NCBI RefSeq assembly: GCF_030028105.1 | Contig: NC_092379.1 | Span: 28,513,821-28,577,820, forward strand | Reading direction: 5' to 3' | From: Mobula birostris | Taxonomy: Eukaryota | DNA: 64,000 bases | In this document: positions 61,607-64,000 of the stretch, one piece after another | Layout of the letters: each line of letters opens with the position of its first letter | Position numbering within the stretch: position 1 is the stretch's first letter | Program-made: the position numbers and the translations under genes | Notes under the pieces: generated by a model | Database searches by the model: none | What the model saw: the letters and a program-made list of their open reading frames with translations, nothing else | What the model was told of the DNA's origin: nothing

Positions 61607-62089
61607 CAGTAGATATACAAGAAATGCAATGTAATTCTTTCATTTGAGTTGAATGCAAGAATAGTTCTCAAGCTTGACAGGTTTTGCGACCGAGGGACAC
61701 CTCTTTAACTCGACCATGTAACCTTACTAATATCTGTGTCCGCCACTTGCACTTAAATGGCAAAACAGGCCCTCCGCTGACATTTATTGAATTACCCAGA
61801 ACTGTTTTATTTTTGTTTTTGTCAGTACCCGAGGTTTCCCTGCTTTAGCATGGTTCCTCATAACACAGAGGAACATGGTGCACGGCAACAAAGAGCTCCA
61901 AGATATTCTTGGCGTTAACAGTAACCGGACATTATGGAGGGCGCTCGAAATTTTCCAGAAATTATTTTAGAGGTTTCCCGTAATGCTGACTGTACTAAAA
62001 GTAGTTACGCCAGAGTTACTGTTGTGTTCTCTCTTTCTCAAACTTTAATTGAATAGAAACCTACATCACTGTATTTATTTTCACTCAAT

Positions 62090-62508
62090 ACAAGATAAAA
62101 TGTTGGAAGGTCCCTGGCTTGCACTAATCTTACTAGAAATCAGTTTGACGCCACTTTCCGACACTCGCTGGGCAAAACGCCAGTGCAAACTATAACGAAC
62201 AAAGGAGTTGCGCATGGCGTCGTGCTTCTGACTCTGTCGAAAAGCAGTCTAGTTCCAAGTAGCTACTTTTAATTGACAGATATGGAAATCGTTAGTATAA
62301 GTAAACTTCAGTGTTATGGTCAGCTCTTCTTCGAGCGTTAATTCAGGAAGGTCCTGTTTCACTAAATCTTCCCTCTCGCTTCTGCAAGAAAGAACACATG
62401 TATGAGCATCCCTGGTTTGTAATACAACCATGGGGCACTGATTGTCCATCACAGATTCTCACCATGCAGAACAGATAATGTAATTAGTAAGGAACGGAGG
62501 GGACGCAT
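62090..62508 (-). pseudogene. V pseudogene V15 (leader 62463-62508, exon from 62381)
   Basis: MRPLRSLLITLSVLHG|GTGAG; acceptor TTGCAG; 1-nt deletion, then EDLVKQDLPELTLEEELTITLKFTY (C23 lost); 3' part decayed, no convincing RSS. Confidence 0.75.
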
Positions 62509-64000
62509 AGCACAGGTGATAGATCATAAACGAATTTGTAGGGTGAGAATAGATCAGCGACATCGATCTCCGTGGGTAAGACTTGGGGCGTTTTCCTGCT
62601 AAAGTGCTAGATGAAAAAGCGGAATCGGGCTTATTTAGGCAGAAATCGGCATCCGTTTTAGTTCTTTTCCTCGCTATTAATTTTCCATTCGATCAATCAT
62701 CGAAGTCATCAGGGAATCTGATAAATATCGCTGCCCTAGAGTCTCTCTACACCCGACATGCCTACCTTTCCACAAGTGTTTATTTTTGTCGTTGCCTCTC
62801 TACCGATTGTGATCTTCCTCTCATGCTCCCTGCTCCGTTGGAGTCGCCGAAACATTGAGTTATTGAGGCTCCAAGACAAATGAGTGACATGGCCGAGTGT
62901 TCAAGATGGACTAAATTTCCATTGCCTCTACTTGCGGGGGTCCAATCCCACCCTGGTCTATTGAAGTAATTTCTGCTTCTGTTTATCGGTGACTTTTTTT
63001 TTAATGGAAAGATTGCCGTTTAAATCTGAAATGACGCCTAACGGCGACTCCTTTGCTTGCAACTTCGGAAACAGCTCTATTTCCATCTTGAATATCTCTT
63101 TTTTTTCCCCCTTTCAGGGTTCTTTTGAAGAGCCTAAACCGGAGTTACATGCTGACTTCAGTTCTTTGCAGAAATGGGGCTCGCTCCCGGGGTTCCACGA
63201 CTGGTCGTTAATGATATCAAGGATGCGGACTAAGAGATTAGGGGCTCTGGAGACGGGCGGTGCGAAGGTCGGTGTCTCTGCAGAAATCCGGTATGTCCAG
63301 TGCACGGAAGAACGAAAGCAGCGAGCTGGCTGCTGGCTGTGTGCCCCTAGACCCTCTTTATTTGGGCACAGCCCGGAAAATGGACTTTTGCCATCGCAAA
63401 TCGCCGATGTTTGCTATGTCTCCCCTCTGAATGTGAAACCGAGACACCTCTTTCTCCGTTATAAGGGAGAGAGAGACCTGTAGTATGTCGAATATCGGGT
63501 GAGCAAATAGTCTATCGTGTAGTGGAAGTCTGTGTCTCTGCTGATGCTTTGTTGCTCGCTTAAGTGCACGGTGGTGGGTCCGATGCTTTTTTTTTGCTGG
63601 TGGGGGAGTGAGGATTGTTGATTTGCTGCTGTTTACGCGTTGGACGGAGGAACTGGGGCTCGACTTTAGGGTTCTAACATTTAAGTGTCGCTAATTCTTT
63701 GGAGGAACTCCTCTGTTTTTCCCTGGAAGATTGCGAAGAAAATATATTTTAGGATGTATGTGGTGTATATTTCTCTCAAATTAATTGTGCCTTTGAAGCC
63801 TTTGAAATCTAATCAGTGTTGACAAAAAGAGAAATAGGGTCACATGACTTGAAATATTCGGCTAGTCTAAAATGGTCTGAGGGGAGAGGACGTTCAGGCT
63901 TTACATCAGCACGATTTACTGAAAATGTCAAAGGACATCAGCGCAAAAAAAAAATAAATCTCATATATTTTATATTTATCAGGATGGCCATTGCTGATCC

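Noticed and set aside
62040-62075. TACAGTG as the V15 heptamer
   Set aside because: No nonamer at 23 nt and first base is not C
1-64000. D, J or constant-region segments
   Set aside because: By eye I found no 12-RSS followed by an FGXG motif and donor, and no C-domain exon; a formal RSS scan would be needed to exclude short D segments
1-64000. Assignment as IgH, IgNAR or NAR-TCR V
   Set aside because: No octamer upstream of leaders, SVTQ/WY(I/V)QH/YLCAM pattern and a retained CDR2 region fit TCR alpha/delta V better

Overview
This is vertebrate genomic DNA, most likely from a cartilaginous fish (inferred from V-domain sequence style and the CR1/Rex1/RTE/hAT repeat set). It is the V-segment array of an antigen-receptor locus, best fitting T-cell receptor alpha/delta (TRAV/TRDV-type); alpha versus delta cannot be separated from sequence alone. 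All V segments lie on the minus strand with one layout: 46-nt leader exon, ~80-86-nt intron, ~301-nt V exon, 23-spacer RSS. Four look intact: A1 6018-6449, B1 11827-12257, B3 27234-27664 and A3 38131-38553. About a dozen are clear pseudogenes, and many older V fossils fill the 'intergenic' DNA. I found no D, J or C segment. The array grew by tandem duplication: a ~10 kb unit occurs twice plus a partial third copy, and smaller blocks recur. It carries many CR1, L1, RTE, Rex1 and hAT insertions. The most notable unexplained structure is a cassette 3' of nearly every RSS: an E-box, a TGCGCC motif, then a co-oriented CTCF-consensus motif usually 23-24 nt beyond the nonamer. It survives even where the V gene has been deleted. 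Other leads are repeated deletions breaking at V coding ends and removing the RSS, a non-canonical cysteine shared across V families, a V-V chimera, and a Charlie-type hAT inside a V intron. Family labels (A-H, P, Q) are mine, alignments were done by eye, and repeat and fossil boundaries are approximate.
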